A DNA stretch of 64,000 bases from assembly GCA_963669175.1 (NCBI GenBank), contig OY769902.1:4128001-4192000 (forward strand), given 5' to 3'. This document shows, in pieces, positions 19,546 to 32,905 of this stretch. This stretch comes from a bacterium. Lineage in GTDB: Bacteria > Electryoneota > Electryoneia > Electryoneales > Electryoneaceae. The notes beneath the pieces were generated by a model, which was given only the letters and a program-made list of their open reading frames with translations, had not been told where the DNA came from and did no database searches. Numbering within the stretch: the first letter of the stretch is position 1; the number at the start of each line of letters is the position of its first letter. Both the position numbers and the translations under genes were made by a program.

Positions 19546-20256
19546 ATGTGTCCAGTAGTCCACAGAAACCTTGGGATGTATACTGTAAGCGAAATACAAC
19601 GGCTTACAGGAGTACATTATAATGCCCTATATTACTGGATTCGTGGATATACTCGTAATGATATTAAAGTCGCTCAACCAGTTATTTTGCCTCAATATGA
19701 TATCCTTGAAGATAAATATCTACTTGGATTTTACAACCTTATTGAAATTCGAATAGTCAAGAAATTGCGAGAATTGGGAGTATCGCTAGATGCGATAAGA
19801 ACAGCAAATAAAAAAGCACAAGATTATTTTAAAATTCCTCATCCTTTTGCAAGTGAGAAAATTAAGATTAAAACGGACATGAGATCAATTTTTGTTGATG
19901 CCGGAGAAGAAGAAGAAGATAACATTTTGCTAAATTTAGTTAGCGATGAATATAATATGGGAACAATAATTAAAACTTATCTACGCGACATTGATGTTAA
20001 TGCAGAGAAAATGGCAAGCAAATGGTGGCCTTTATCAAAAGAAAAGACAATTGTTTTAGACCCAAATTTCAATAATGGGAAACCAATAGTAGCTAAGCAT
20101 CTTGTTCCTACAGAGGTTCTTTACAATGTTTACCAAGCCGAGGGCGCTAATGAAGACGCAGCTGAATTTGTAGCTGATTTATATCGTGTATCGCTGAAAA
20201 ATATGCTACATACTATTGAATTTGAGGAATCTTTCACCAGGAGAAAGGCTTCGTGA
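19546..20256 (+). CDS. Putative antitoxin, HTH plus DUF433 (VapB45-like)
   Basis: GMYTVSEI HTH; FYNLIEIR..LRELGVSL..HPFA; IVLDPNFNNGKPIV DUF433 motif; RBS GAGGAGGG; AT-rich. Confidence 0.8.
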   Translation: MCPVVHRNLGMYTVSEIQRLTGVHYNALYYWIRGYTRNDIKVAQPVILPQYDILEDKYLLGFYNLIEIRIVKKLRELGVSLDAIRTANKKAQDYFKIPHPFASEKIKIKTDMRSIFVDAGEEEEDNILLNLVSDEYNMGTIIKTYLRDIDVNAEKMASKWWPLSKEKTIVLDPNFNNGKPIVAKHLVPTEVLYNVYQAEGANEDAAEFVADLYRVSLKNMLHTIEFEESFTRRKAS

Positions 20257-20678
20257 AAATATTTCTTGATAAACACATTCCTATATCCTATTGCGAGTGT
20301 ATTAAAAAGTCATTTCAAATGAAGGGGTATTTCGTTTATCATTATACGGAGATGTTTGTATCAAGCGAGCGTGATGATGATGATTGGCTGCTACATCTTT
20401 CGCAGGAAGGTGATTGGATTGCAATTACAGCCGATTTAAATATTTATCGGACACCTCATAGAAAGCGATACTGGAAAGAAGCAAATGTTCAGACTTTCTT
20501 TTTACCGAAGGGCTATACTGGTTTAGGATCGATGTTCATGCTTACTAATTTAATGTGTTGGATCAATAAAATTATCAAAATTGCTGAAAATAAAAATTCT
20601 GAGAGAGGCTACTACATAACGAAGCATGGCGTTTTTTACAATATTAATACTGTCACAAAACGGAATGCTCCCAGATAA
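20253..20678 (+). CDS. Putative PIN-like toxin (VapC45/PIN_10-like)
   Basis: MKIFLDKHI, DDDWL and ITAD motifs; GTGA overlap with the antitoxin. Confidence 0.75.
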   Translation: MKIFLDKHIPISYCECIKKSFQMKGYFVYHYTEMFVSSERDDDDWLLHLSQEGDWIAITADLNIYRTPHRKRYWKEANVQTFFLPKGYTGLGSMFMLTNLMCWINKIIKIAENKNSERGYYITKHGVFYNINTVTKRNAPR

Positions 20679-20745
20679 CTTTTACAATTTCCTCTCCTCT
20701 TTACCATCCAGTTTTTCGTCTTAATGCTTCTTACCTGAGGACTCC

Positions 20746-21255
20746 ATGGACACCCTGACCGCCATACATACACGCCGCAGCATTCGTTCGTTTACTGGGG
20801 AAATCGTCCCGGACGAAACGATGGAAATCCTGTTGGCTGCCGCGATGACCGCTCCTTCCGCCGGGAACGCGCAGCCGTGGGAATTTGTCGTGATACGCGA
20901 TACGGAAAAGCTGAAAGCAGTCGGTGAGTTTCATCATCATGCGAAATTCGCGTTGGCTGCCGGGCAGGCGGTGCTGGTGTGTGCGGACACGTCACGCGAG
21001 AAATATCCCGGACGGTGGATGCTGGACTGTTCCGCCGCGATTCAGAACCTTCTATTGGCAGCACGGACGAACGGTTTGGGCGCATGCTGGTGCGGATTGT
21101 ATCCCGTGGAAAGCCGGATGGAAGGTGCGCGTAAGCTGGTCGGCGCTCCCGATCACATCATGCCGGTCGCGATTGTTCCGGTTGGATTCACCGATAAGAA
21201 ACAGGAAGTGAAACAGCGCTTCAATCCTGCGTTCGTTCATCATGATAAGTGGTAG
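20746..21255 (+). CDS. Nitroreductase family protein
   Basis: RRSIRSF, APSAGNAQPWEF and IQNLLLAA..GLGACW motifs. Confidence 0.93.
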   Translation: MDTLTAIHTRRSIRSFTGEIVPDETMEILLAAAMTAPSAGNAQPWEFVVIRDTEKLKAVGEFHHHAKFALAAGQAVLVCADTSREKYPGRWMLDCSAAIQNLLLAARTNGLGACWCGLYPVESRMEGARKLVGAPDHIMPVAIVPVGFTDKKQEVKQRFNPAFVHHDKW

Positions 21256-21337
21256 CGTCTTTATTACACCCATAGGGCTAATTGCCCAATGACTTAGCCT
21301 GGTCGAGTAGCTAGGATTAAAACTGGGCATAACACGA

Positions 21338-21362
21338 GAATCCGGCCATTATAGCCGGATTC
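21338..21362. terminator. Hairpin between convergent genes
   Basis: GAATCCGGC-cattata-GCCGGATTC. Confidence 0.6.
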
Positions 21363-21394
21363 CCTTTATTCGAAAAACAGTCTTCTTTTCCAGT

Positions 21395-22546
21395 CTATTG
21401 CTTCGAAAGCTGATCTACCAGTTGCGGGATACGAGTTTCCGCATCCTGCATACTGCTTTTCGCCTCTTCCAAAAGCCGGGTAACTTCAGGAATCATGTAC
21501 GCATCACGTTTGATAAAGTGTACGCTGAGTTCCGCTTTCAAATCTTCAGCTTGCCCCTGCAACATGCGGGCAGAAGTTTCAGAGCGCAGCATCAACGACA
21601 TCAGCTCGCCACGGTCATTGAAATCCAGCTCGCCGCCGGTTTCCATCAAACGCAGCACTTCTTCGAGCACCTTTACAGCGCCCTGTACCACAGCCACATC
21701 AAGAAAGAACTGGTCATACTGTTCTTTGCCCGAGCGAGCGTAATAAATAGGTTCGCTGCCTATGATGGTAGTGGCGTCTGCGCTGCCCACCTTAATCGAA
21801 CCAATCTCAAGATAACGTGATTTCAGTTTCTTTTCCCTGACGCTCTTTCCTCCGCCACCACTCCCCTTCTTGCTATACCAGATGCTGGCCCCGGCAAGGC
21901 CATCAGGGTAGCCACAGTCGGTGAGGCAATAGGAAAGACCTGCGTTCAGGGCCATCCCGCTCCAGTTGAAATAATCATCACTGGACGTAGCATAACGATA
22001 ACTGGCATCAAACGTCATATTAAAACGCGAAGAAATAATGAACTGCACTTCAAGGGTCGGCAGAAAACCATAACCATTAGCGGTGCTGGAAGTGGTTACA
22101 GATACGCCGCTAGTGACCAATGTCGTTTCAACATTGTTCATGTACAGGTCAAGCCCGGTACCGGCATAAAACCTGAACATATCTGTCCTGTAAAAATTGT
22201 AAAGCAGTAATGATTCAACATTGTTTGCAGCCAGCTTTCTTTCTATTGAATTGTTACCCGTGAATTCGCCTTTATAGTCTACGGCAAGGCTACGGAAATA
22301 CAGCCCATAAATGAAATGATCTGAGAGGAAGAACCGAAGACCGCCGCCAAATGACATGCCCCCGTCCAGATCATCTATTGTCCACCCCATCGTTTTCTTG
22401 TGTTCAATATCATCTTTTATATCCGGAAAGGCATACGTATTGGTCCCTGCATGTGCATTCAGTTCTACGCGGATTCTTGCTTCACTCGAAGATGATAATC
22501 CAAGTAATACCATCACCAATAGTGCTACCACAGTCCTTTTCATCAT
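21395..22546 (-). CDS. Outer membrane beta-barrel protein with a C-terminal helical extension
   Basis: Signal peptide MMKRTVVALL..SEA, amphipathic beta strands ending ALNAGLSY, then a Gly/Lys linker and a helical domain. Confidence 0.65.
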   Translation of the reverse strand: MMKRTVVALLVMVLLGLSSSSEARIRVELNAHAGTNTYAFPDIKDDIEHKKTMGWTIDDLDGGMSFGGGLRFFLSDHFIYGLYFRSLAVDYKGEFTGNNSIERKLAANNVESLLLYNFYRTDMFRFYAGTGLDLYMNNVETTLVTSGVSVTTSSTANGYGFLPTLEVQFIISSRFNMTFDASYRYATSSDDYFNWSGMALNAGLSYCLTDCGYPDGLAGASIWYSKKGSGGGGKSVREKKLKSRYLEIGSIKVGSADATTIIGSEPIYYARSGKEQYDQFFLDVAVVQGAVKVLEEVLRLMETGGELDFNDRGELMSLMLRSETSARMLQGQAEDLKAELSVHFIKRDAYMIPEVTRLLEEAKSSMQDAETRIPQLVDQLSKQ

Positions 22547-22651
22547 CGCCCCAACTCCCCTTTTGGGTTTTTCCTGCAGGCGTGTACATTCCCTCCCCAA
22601 TCATCAATTACCCGTCGCTGTACACGATCCAGTAATGAATACGAAAAGTAC

Positions 22652-22686
22652 AAAAAAATGGGCTGTTCAACAGGTTGAACAGCCCA
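22652..22686 (-). terminator. Rho-independent terminator after nifJ
   Basis: TGGGCTGTTCAAC/GTTGAACAGCCCA stem followed by a U-tract on the minus strand. Confidence 0.8.
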
Positions 22687-22726
22687 AAGAATTGACAATA
22701 TGTGAGCCTTCCGCTCGAGGAGTCTT

Positions 22727-26302
<3,576 letters not shown>

Positions 26303-26647
26303 TTCTGTCTTTCTCCCGTATCGTTTCCGGGGCACGGCGGCCCCACTATTCGTGTCCGTACCGCTAGGACGCACCTCTCCTCTTGTGAAAGGAAACACAA
26401 TATCGCAAAGTTCAAGCCTAAGTTCAAGGAAGTATTATGTTAGGAGTGTATAATCTGTTAGAATAAATGTGGTTAGAACAGTAGGTTGGAGTGTTGCTAT
26501 CCTCCTCTCGAGGAGGGATTAGCCACCTCAAAACAAACCTGTGAAGTGAGACATCCAATTTATAGTGTTTTCCTGGATTTCGTTTATAACAGGATATGGC
26601 TTCATATAGGTGTTCTGATTCAGAAATCGTCCTTCAGATGGATCTCT

Positions 26648-26753
26648 TTATCCAACTCCTTCGGAGTAGAAAAAGGTTGGAATTCTTAACACGGACTGCC
26701 CACCAAACAGACAGCGCGTACCCTGGGCTCACTTATTGTACTCCTGCGAAGTA
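26648..26753. repeat. REP-like palindromic element, family A (degenerate copy)
   Basis: Shares CCAAACAGAC..CGTACCC..GGGCTCACTTAT and TCCAACTCCTTCGGAG with 50629-50694 and 54810-54900. Confidence 0.7.
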
Positions 26754-27075
26754 TTCAATGGATCAGTAAAACCGCGTTGTACCAAAAGGCTCAATAATCC
26801 TGTGGAGTACCCAATGGATCAGTGCAACCTGCGAAGTACACCAAACACCTGCGAAACACTTATAAGACAGATATTCAAGAACGATAAAGCGTAGGAAAAC
26901 TGGCACATATCTTGGGTACTTAAAACACCAGCGTCCCCATTGCGGGAACCTTTGAGACTTGATTTGCAATACACATCCTCTTTTCATCTACATTGGTCAT
27001 ATCGTTTGTCCTATTCTTCGCCTTACCTTATGCATCCATTCAATCTTCGGTTTCATCATGGTTCTGGGGGGATTC

Positions 27076-28563
27076 ATGCATCGTTGGGCTATTGGGTTTC
27101 TGCTGATCATAGGTATTTCCTGCTTTCTGGTCGGATGTAAGGATGAGGATGGCGGCTGTGTCTATCCAAACGAATCAGGGCCGGTAGACATCACCATCAT
27201 TTACACCACCGACGAACACGGTTGGATGGAACCAGCGGGCGACTATGCCGGTGCGGCGGGCATGATGGCGATGTGGGACCAGTCGATCACGAATCCGGCA
27301 CACACCCTGATCCTCAGCGGCGGAGACAACTGGACCGGCCCGGCGATATCGACATGGTTCAACGGACGCTCCATGATACAGGTCATGAACGCCATGAACT
27401 ATAATGCCACCACGTTCGGCAACCACGAGTTCGACTGCACTCCAGACACCATGATCGCACGTGTCCAGCAGGCCGATTTCACCTTCCTCGCGGCCAATCT
27501 GAAGAGCGTGACGACGGATACCATCCCCAGCTTCGCTCAAGCATACAAAATCTGGGATATCGAAGGTGTGAAGGTTGGGGTCATGGGGTTGGCCAATGCT
27601 GAGACGGCGTCCATGGAAAACGTCACCGAGTTCACCTTCGGACCCTATAACGAAGCCCTGAATACGTACACTCCCCTGATGATGGCGGAAGGCGTGGATA
27701 TTCCACTCTTGATCACACACGTCCCCTTCGAGGAGATTCAGGCCGATTCCGCGCTGATCAGTGAATTGGGCTATCACTTCGTCGGCTGCGGGCACAGCCA
27801 CGAACATCATGACGCCGTATTCGGCAACACCATTTACGCCCAACCACTGAAATTCATGGAAGAATACGCGGAAGTGTCCATCATTTGGGATATGGGCACA
27901 AGCGATGTGACTCTCAAGAATATAACCTTCTTCACCAACACTACTTCGGACAGTGATTCGACCATTTGTGCAATCGTGGACTACTGGCAGGCGCAGACTG
28001 ATTCAGCGCTTGGAAAGGAGATCGGCTACCTGCAGGACAGCTTATCCTGGAACAGTCCCGCCCTGGCGAATATGTTCTTTGATTCCTGGCTGATCGTGGA
28101 GGAAGATGCCGATATCGCGTTGAGTAATGTCGGCAGCATACGTACCGGGATAAATGCAGGCCCGATCACACTGGAAGAAATCGTAGCCATGGCGCCCTAT
28201 GACAACACCCTGACCATGCTGACTGTTACCGGCGATTCTTTGATCGCCTTTATCGAGCGTAATGACATGTACCTTGGCGGCATGAGCGCGGTGGGCGGCT
28301 ATCACCTGCTGAATGGGAACGCCATCGTGGACAGCCTCGAGTACAAGGTCGTCACCACCGACTACCTGTATACGTCCGATATGTCACAGATGGACCCGAA
28401 TGGTTACAACACAGGCATGGCATGGCGTGAACCGCTGATTTCCTGGATACAGTCCTTGAACACTACGGAGGATTCGCCCCTGGACCAGCATCTGGACTAT
28501 ACCGCGCGGACTGATACAACGTATCTGGTTCTGCCAAAACTGTTCGAGCATCATCAGCGTTGA
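27076..28563 (+). CDS. Bifunctional metallophosphatase / 5'-nucleotidase lipoprotein
   Basis: FLVGC lipobox; TTDEHG, GGD, GNHEFD and GHSH motifs; C-terminal NVGSIR and PYDN. Confidence 0.92.
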   Translation: MHRWAIGFLLIIGISCFLVGCKDEDGGCVYPNESGPVDITIIYTTDEHGWMEPAGDYAGAAGMMAMWDQSITNPAHTLILSGGDNWTGPAISTWFNGRSMIQVMNAMNYNATTFGNHEFDCTPDTMIARVQQADFTFLAANLKSVTTDTIPSFAQAYKIWDIEGVKVGVMGLANAETASMENVTEFTFGPYNEALNTYTPLMMAEGVDIPLLITHVPFEEIQADSALISELGYHFVGCGHSHEHHDAVFGNTIYAQPLKFMEEYAEVSIIWDMGTSDVTLKNITFFTNTTSDSDSTICAIVDYWQAQTDSALGKEIGYLQDSLSWNSPALANMFFDSWLIVEEDADIALSNVGSIRTGINAGPITLEEIVAMAPYDNTLTMLTVTGDSLIAFIERNDMYLGGMSAVGGYHLLNGNAIVDSLEYKVVTTDYLYTSDMSQMDPNGYNTGMAWREPLISWIQSLNTTEDSPLDQHLDYTARTDTTYLVLPKLFEHHQR

Positions 28564-28600
28564 AGGACAGACCAGGCGTTAAGATTGAGCGTGTTATCAG

Positions 28601-28640
28601 AAGCAGGGACAAGCCATTGCCGGTTTATTCCTGCTTTTTG
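28601..28640 (+). terminator. Probable terminator
   Basis: AAGCAGGGACAAGCC/GGTTTATTCCTGCTT imperfect stem followed by T-tract. Confidence 0.5.
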
Positions 28641-28666
28641 TTATAAAGGCAGAAATTGTGGCCGTG

Positions 28667-29146
28667 CTAGACTGTGTTGTTTTGTAACCATTTTGAGAAT
28701 TCTCTGGTACATTTTTCTGGATAGGCCTGGATCAGATCCGCTGCAAGGATATGGATATCGGTATGGGTGCGATAGATCTGCATAGCGCGCCCACGCTTGC
28801 CTCCGAAAGTCATAACCAGCATCATTTCCGAGCTATCTTTCCGTTCAGGCTGGACATCGATCTTTTCCAGATATTCCTCCTTGAAATCAGGATAGTCGAA
28901 GCGTCGCAATTTGAAGGACCAGGTGCCCTTGTGGTAGGTTACGGGAGCGGTGTTGATCACACTGAGCAGCACGAAGACAAACACGGCTATACTAGCATAC
29001 GCCAGGAAGTTGTCATCCTTGATCAGTCCCTGGTTGTCAATAAAGGCACGTTTACAGAGAATCGCGGACAGCAGCAAAGCCAGGACAACAAACACGTAGG
29101 CCAATACCTTACCAAAACCGACACTCTTGTATTTGGTATTTTCCAT
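28667..29146 (-). CDS. Hypothetical membrane protein (2 TM)
   Basis: Two hydrophobic helices; RBS GAGG upstream of the ATG. Confidence 0.65.
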   Translation of the reverse strand: MENTKYKSVGFGKVLAYVFVVLALLLSAILCKRAFIDNQGLIKDDNFLAYASIAVFVFVLLSVINTAPVTYHKGTWSFKLRRFDYPDFKEEYLEKIDVQPERKDSSEMMLVMTFGGKRGRAMQIYRTHTDIHILAADLIQAYPEKCTREFSKWLQNNTV

Positions 29147-29213
29147 CCTCGCCCCCGGTATGTTGTATGCTTCACGAAGTGATTGTCTGGTAATATGGGA
29201 TATAAAAATGGTT

Positions 29214-29318
29214 TGGCCCGACTGCTTGCTGTCGGGAATCAGGTCAGATCAGATTTATCATCAGCGAGCGTGTACTTGAGCAAAACATGTTACATCCCGA
29301 CAGCAAGCAATCGGGCCA
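29214..29318. repeat. 24-bp inverted repeat with ~57-bp spacer (REPIN/MITE-like)
   Basis: TGGCCCGACTGCTTGCTGTCGGGA ... TCCCGACAGCAAGCAATCGGGCCA, one mismatch. Confidence 0.8.
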
Positions 29319-29507
29319 CGCGCTTGTCGTAGAACAATACGTGATAATATTTGACGGAAAATCGGGACTGCTACACGTTTCTGCAAGAGCCATTGCCTGA
29401 ACACAAGGTTAATGATGGATTTACAGGCAAATATTGGTCTTCATAGCGTATTCAAAAAGCAGAAAAGGTAGCTATCCCAGGATTTTCGACTGATCTCGAG
29501 CAACAAG

Positions 29508-29602
29508 CTGGCGAAAAATCTGGTACAGTTACCTTTTCATCAACATTGCCATCCGTGTCCTGCATTAAGAAACCAGAAAAGGTAACAGTCCCGTTTTTCG
29601 CC
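29508..29602. repeat. REP-like element, family B
   Basis: GGCGAAAAATCTGGTACAGTTACCTTTTC ... GAAAAGGTAACAGTCCC; also at 44728-44820 and inverted at 36525-36620. Confidence 0.8.
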
Positions 29603-29614
29603 CGTCCCATGATA

Positions 29615-30769
29615 TCATTCCGCGATATGCTGCGGCACGATTATATCAAATCGTGTTCCCGAGTCCAGGGTTGAAGAAAATGAAATGGAACCGTGCAGGT
29701 ACTCTTCGGTGAGCAGTTTCATGCTGTAGGTGCCAAGGCCACGGTTGTCGCCCTTGGTTGAGAAGGAACGCTTGAACATCTCCGCTTGAAGTTCCTCGGG
29801 GATATAAGCATCGTTGACCACCCAGAATCGTGCGGACTCATCCTCACGGCACACCCCGATCCGAACCGCATCCCCTTCATAGCTGGCCTCAAGCGCGTTT
29901 TTCAGCATATTGCCAAGCACTCTGCCCAGTAGCACCGGGTCCGTATGCAGGGCAACATCTTCCGATTCAGAGACTACGGACAGGCTTTTACCCTTGGCAA
30001 CATTGTGTGTGATATAGGTGCCTACCAATCCGGAGATAACATCCAGCGCCTGCACAGTTTTCGGTTGGATCTCAAGATCACCACGTTCTGCTGCGACCAG
30101 ATCACGTTGCGCCTGAATCTCCTCCACTAGACGCTCGGATATTTGTAATAGCATCCTTGGACGGTGATCGTCTTCATCCGCACGGACTTCGATCACTTCC
30201 GCCATCCCCAGCACCGCACCCGCCAGGTTCAGAACATCATGGAAGAAAATCTTTTCCAGCACAGCACGCCGTTTCTGATCACTCACATCCATCAGGTAGA
30301 GAATGGTGAAGGTTTCGCCACCGTGGGTGAAGACAGTACTCCAGACCCGCAAATCCAGGGAACGCAGGTCAACTTCTTCTTTCGTAAGGATTCTACACTC
30401 ATGCACGGTGCTGAATCCTTCGAGCAAATCTCCCTTGGTACGTTCAATCGCATGCTTGATGCCGCATAGCGTACAGAGCTTGGACGAACCACATTCCAAA
30501 CCATCCCGGCCTGCATTAACACATTGCAGTACAGCGCCAATCTTCCGGCCGAAATGATCAGTTACCCCCAGTTGTTCGGTAAAATCCAGGAAAGCCATGT
30601 TGCTGAAGATGATGTCCCGATCAGCATTCAGGACTACCACGGAAATGGGTACGGCATTTAATAAAACTTCCAACATGGGGACTTCGTGCATCAGATTCTG
30701 TTGACGACGAAGTTCGCTCACAGGTGGAGGATAAGCTGCCGATTTTTTCTCAGGTTGCGTTTGTATCAT
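29615..30769 (-). CDS. PAS-domain sensor histidine kinase with Cys-rich motif (paralog 1)
   Basis: H-box FFHDVLN, N-box NMLKNALEA, FSTKG and GLGTY; motif CVNA..CGSSKLCTLC. Confidence 0.88.
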   Translation of the reverse strand: MIQTQPEKKSAAYPPPVSELRRQQNLMHEVPMLEVLLNAVPISVVVLNADRDIIFSNMAFLDFTEQLGVTDHFGRKIGAVLQCVNAGRDGLECGSSKLCTLCGIKHAIERTKGDLLEGFSTVHECRILTKEEVDLRSLDLRVWSTVFTHGGETFTILYLMDVSDQKRRAVLEKIFFHDVLNLAGAVLGMAEVIEVRADEDDHRPRMLLQISERLVEEIQAQRDLVAAERGDLEIQPKTVQALDVISGLVGTYITHNVAKGKSLSVVSESEDVALHTDPVLLGRVLGNMLKNALEASYEGDAVRIGVCREDESARFWVVNDAYIPEELQAEMFKRSFSTKGDNRGLGTYSMKLLTEEYLHGSISFSSTLDSGTRFDIIVPQHIAE

Positions 30770-30897
30770 ATCTCCATTCCCCAGAACATGGTAGCCATTA
30801 AAAATAATTGTGGATGTATTAAGGAACAAACCATGATTATTATGAATTCTGTCTCCCGGGATATATTCATGTCCCAATAACACTCATTTCTATTGAT

Positions 30898-32046
30898 CTA
30901 TCGTGGATAATAAGGCAATCGAACCTCAAACCGTGTGCCTTCTTTTTCAGAAGAAGAAAAGCTGGTCTGGCCGGCGAGGTATTGCTCAGCAATCAACTTC
31001 ATGCTGTAGGTTCCCAGCCCACGGTTGATCCCCTTGGTTGAGAAGGAACGTTTAAAAATCTCATGATGATAACGGCTGGGAATGTGCGCTTCATTATGCA
31101 CCCAGAACAGAATCCGGTCATTTTCCTGGGATGAACCGATTGTAACTGTTTCCTCTTTCTTACTGGCTTCCAGGGCATTTTTCAGCATATTTCCCAGTAC
31201 TCGTCCTAAAAGAACCGGGTCTGTTCTGAAGGTGATATTGTCCGTTCCCGCGGCAACATTAATTTTTTTGCCGCGTGCGCTGCCATGGGTAAGGTAAAAT
31301 CCAACCAGGCTGGAAATGATGGAAAGGGTATTGGTGTCCTTCATTTCGGGTTGCAGATGCCCACGTTCCGCGGCCAACAAGTCACGTTGCGCTTTGATCT
31401 CCTCGACCACCCGTTCGTTGATCTCGAGAAGCAGCTTTGGTTTGTTATCCTGACTGCCCCTGCTTTCCAGCGCAAGTACTTCCGCCAATCCCAGCGCCGC
31501 GCCTGACAAATTTAAAATATCATGGAAGAAGATCTGTTCCAGTGCGCCAAGCCGTTTTTCACCGCTGATATCCATGACGGTCAGGATCGTGAAACCCTGT
31601 CCATGATGGTGAAACGGTGTAGTCCAGATACGGAGGTCCAGTTGATTGATGTCCGCATCTACAGAGGTCATGATGCGGCACTCTTCCATATGGCTGAATT
31701 TTTCATCCGTCCTGGGTTTAAAAAGGCTGGTCATGGCTCCACAAGTCCAGCAGAATTCAGAAGTTCCGCAACCACCCGGACCTTCAGAAGCGTTTATGCA
31801 ATGAAACACTTCGCCGAACTTCTTCCCCAAAGCATCTTGTGAGCCGATACGTTCCAGCATTTCCAGAAAGGCGACATTTCCGAAAATGATCTGACGGTTT
31901 CCATTCAGCACAAGGACAGCAACCGGGATAGCATTCAGCAGGATTTCCAGCATGGGCACATCATGGAGAATGTGCTGTTGCTCTTTAATCTGGTCATCGT
32001 TTGAACGATTTTTACCGGAAAACACCGGATCAGGAGTTGAAACCAT
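30898..32046 (-). CDS. PAS-domain sensor histidine kinase with Cys-rich motif (paralog 2)
   Basis: FFHDILN, NMLKNALEA, GLGTY; motif CINA..CGTSEFCWTC. Confidence 0.88.
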   Translation of the reverse strand: MVSTPDPVFSGKNRSNDDQIKEQQHILHDVPMLEILLNAIPVAVLVLNGNRQIIFGNVAFLEMLERIGSQDALGKKFGEVFHCINASEGPGGCGTSEFCWTCGAMTSLFKPRTDEKFSHMEECRIMTSVDADINQLDLRIWTTPFHHHGQGFTILTVMDISGEKRLGALEQIFFHDILNLSGAALGLAEVLALESRGSQDNKPKLLLEINERVVEEIKAQRDLLAAERGHLQPEMKDTNTLSIISSLVGFYLTHGSARGKKINVAAGTDNITFRTDPVLLGRVLGNMLKNALEASKKEETVTIGSSQENDRILFWVHNEAHIPSRYHHEIFKRSFSTKGINRGLGTYSMKLIAEQYLAGQTSFSSSEKEGTRFEVRLPYYPR

Positions 32047-32478
32047 GGTTCCTTTGCCTTGGCAACGTGAAAAGACTGCGACCATAATGCTTGGACGGAA
32101 ATAATGTAGTTCATTATCCAGTATGGAATAAACATCATTTCACTAAAATTACATAAAGGATTGCTGAAGTTAAGCCTCTCCTAACCTCAGACTAAGAGCT
32201 GTTAGACCGGGAATTCACATGAAGAAAGCAGAAACAGAACCTGCATTTGTTTGGCTCGCTTATTTTTTTGTCATGGAGAACCCACTTTGTTATATTCTTC
32301 ACTTGAGATTCCCTAACCGGTCGGTCGCCGATTCTGGTATTCGGGGGGGCGGGCCGCCGGAATGGTGGATACCAAGGCGCAGCCGGCCCGGACCGCATCT
32401 TCGGACAGACTCACACTCGCCGTGCTGCTTTCCTTTGTTCTTCCTGTCAGTTGCCGCTATACCAACGAGGACCAGAGC

Positions 32479-32886
32479 ATGCCTTACACCCTTTCTGATC
32501 GCACCATCGACATGGATTTTATTGAGAAGGTCGAGTTTATCAGCGGCCAACCGCTCAAAAAATGCATGCAGTGCGGCACCTGTGCCGCAGTATGTCCCAT
32601 GAATGAAACTACTCAGCTCACCCCCCGTCATGTGATTCATTTCACGCAGCTTGGACAGAAAGACGTTGTGCTGGCTAGTAACACTCACTGGGTTTGTGCT
32701 TCCTGTCATACGTGCGAAGTTCGCTGCCCACGTGGGCTGGACATCCCCAAAATCATGGAAGCGCTCCGCCAGATTGTACTGCGGAGTAACAAGAACTTCG
32801 TAGAACCAAACAAGATGACCAAGGAGCAGCTTGCGGAAGCTCCCCAGCTTGCCATGGTAAGCTCATTCCGGAAACATACGGCCTAA
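32479..32886 (+). CDS. hdrC: Heterodisulfide reductase subunit C-like 2x[4Fe-4S] protein
   Basis: CMQCGTCAAVCP and WVCASCHTCEVRCPRG..IMEALR motifs; start after GAGGA. Confidence 0.85.
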   Translation: MPYTLSDRTIDMDFIEKVEFISGQPLKKCMQCGTCAAVCPMNETTQLTPRHVIHFTQLGQKDVVLASNTHWVCASCHTCEVRCPRGLDIPKIMEALRQIVLRSNKNFVEPNKMTKEQLAEAPQLAMVSSFRKHTA

Positions 32887-32905
32887 CAGACATACAGGGA
32901 TCATC

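Noticed and set aside
26400-27075. Short ORFs upstream of nifJ
   Set aside because: No motifs or clear RBS; they overlap a repeat and probable promoter regions.
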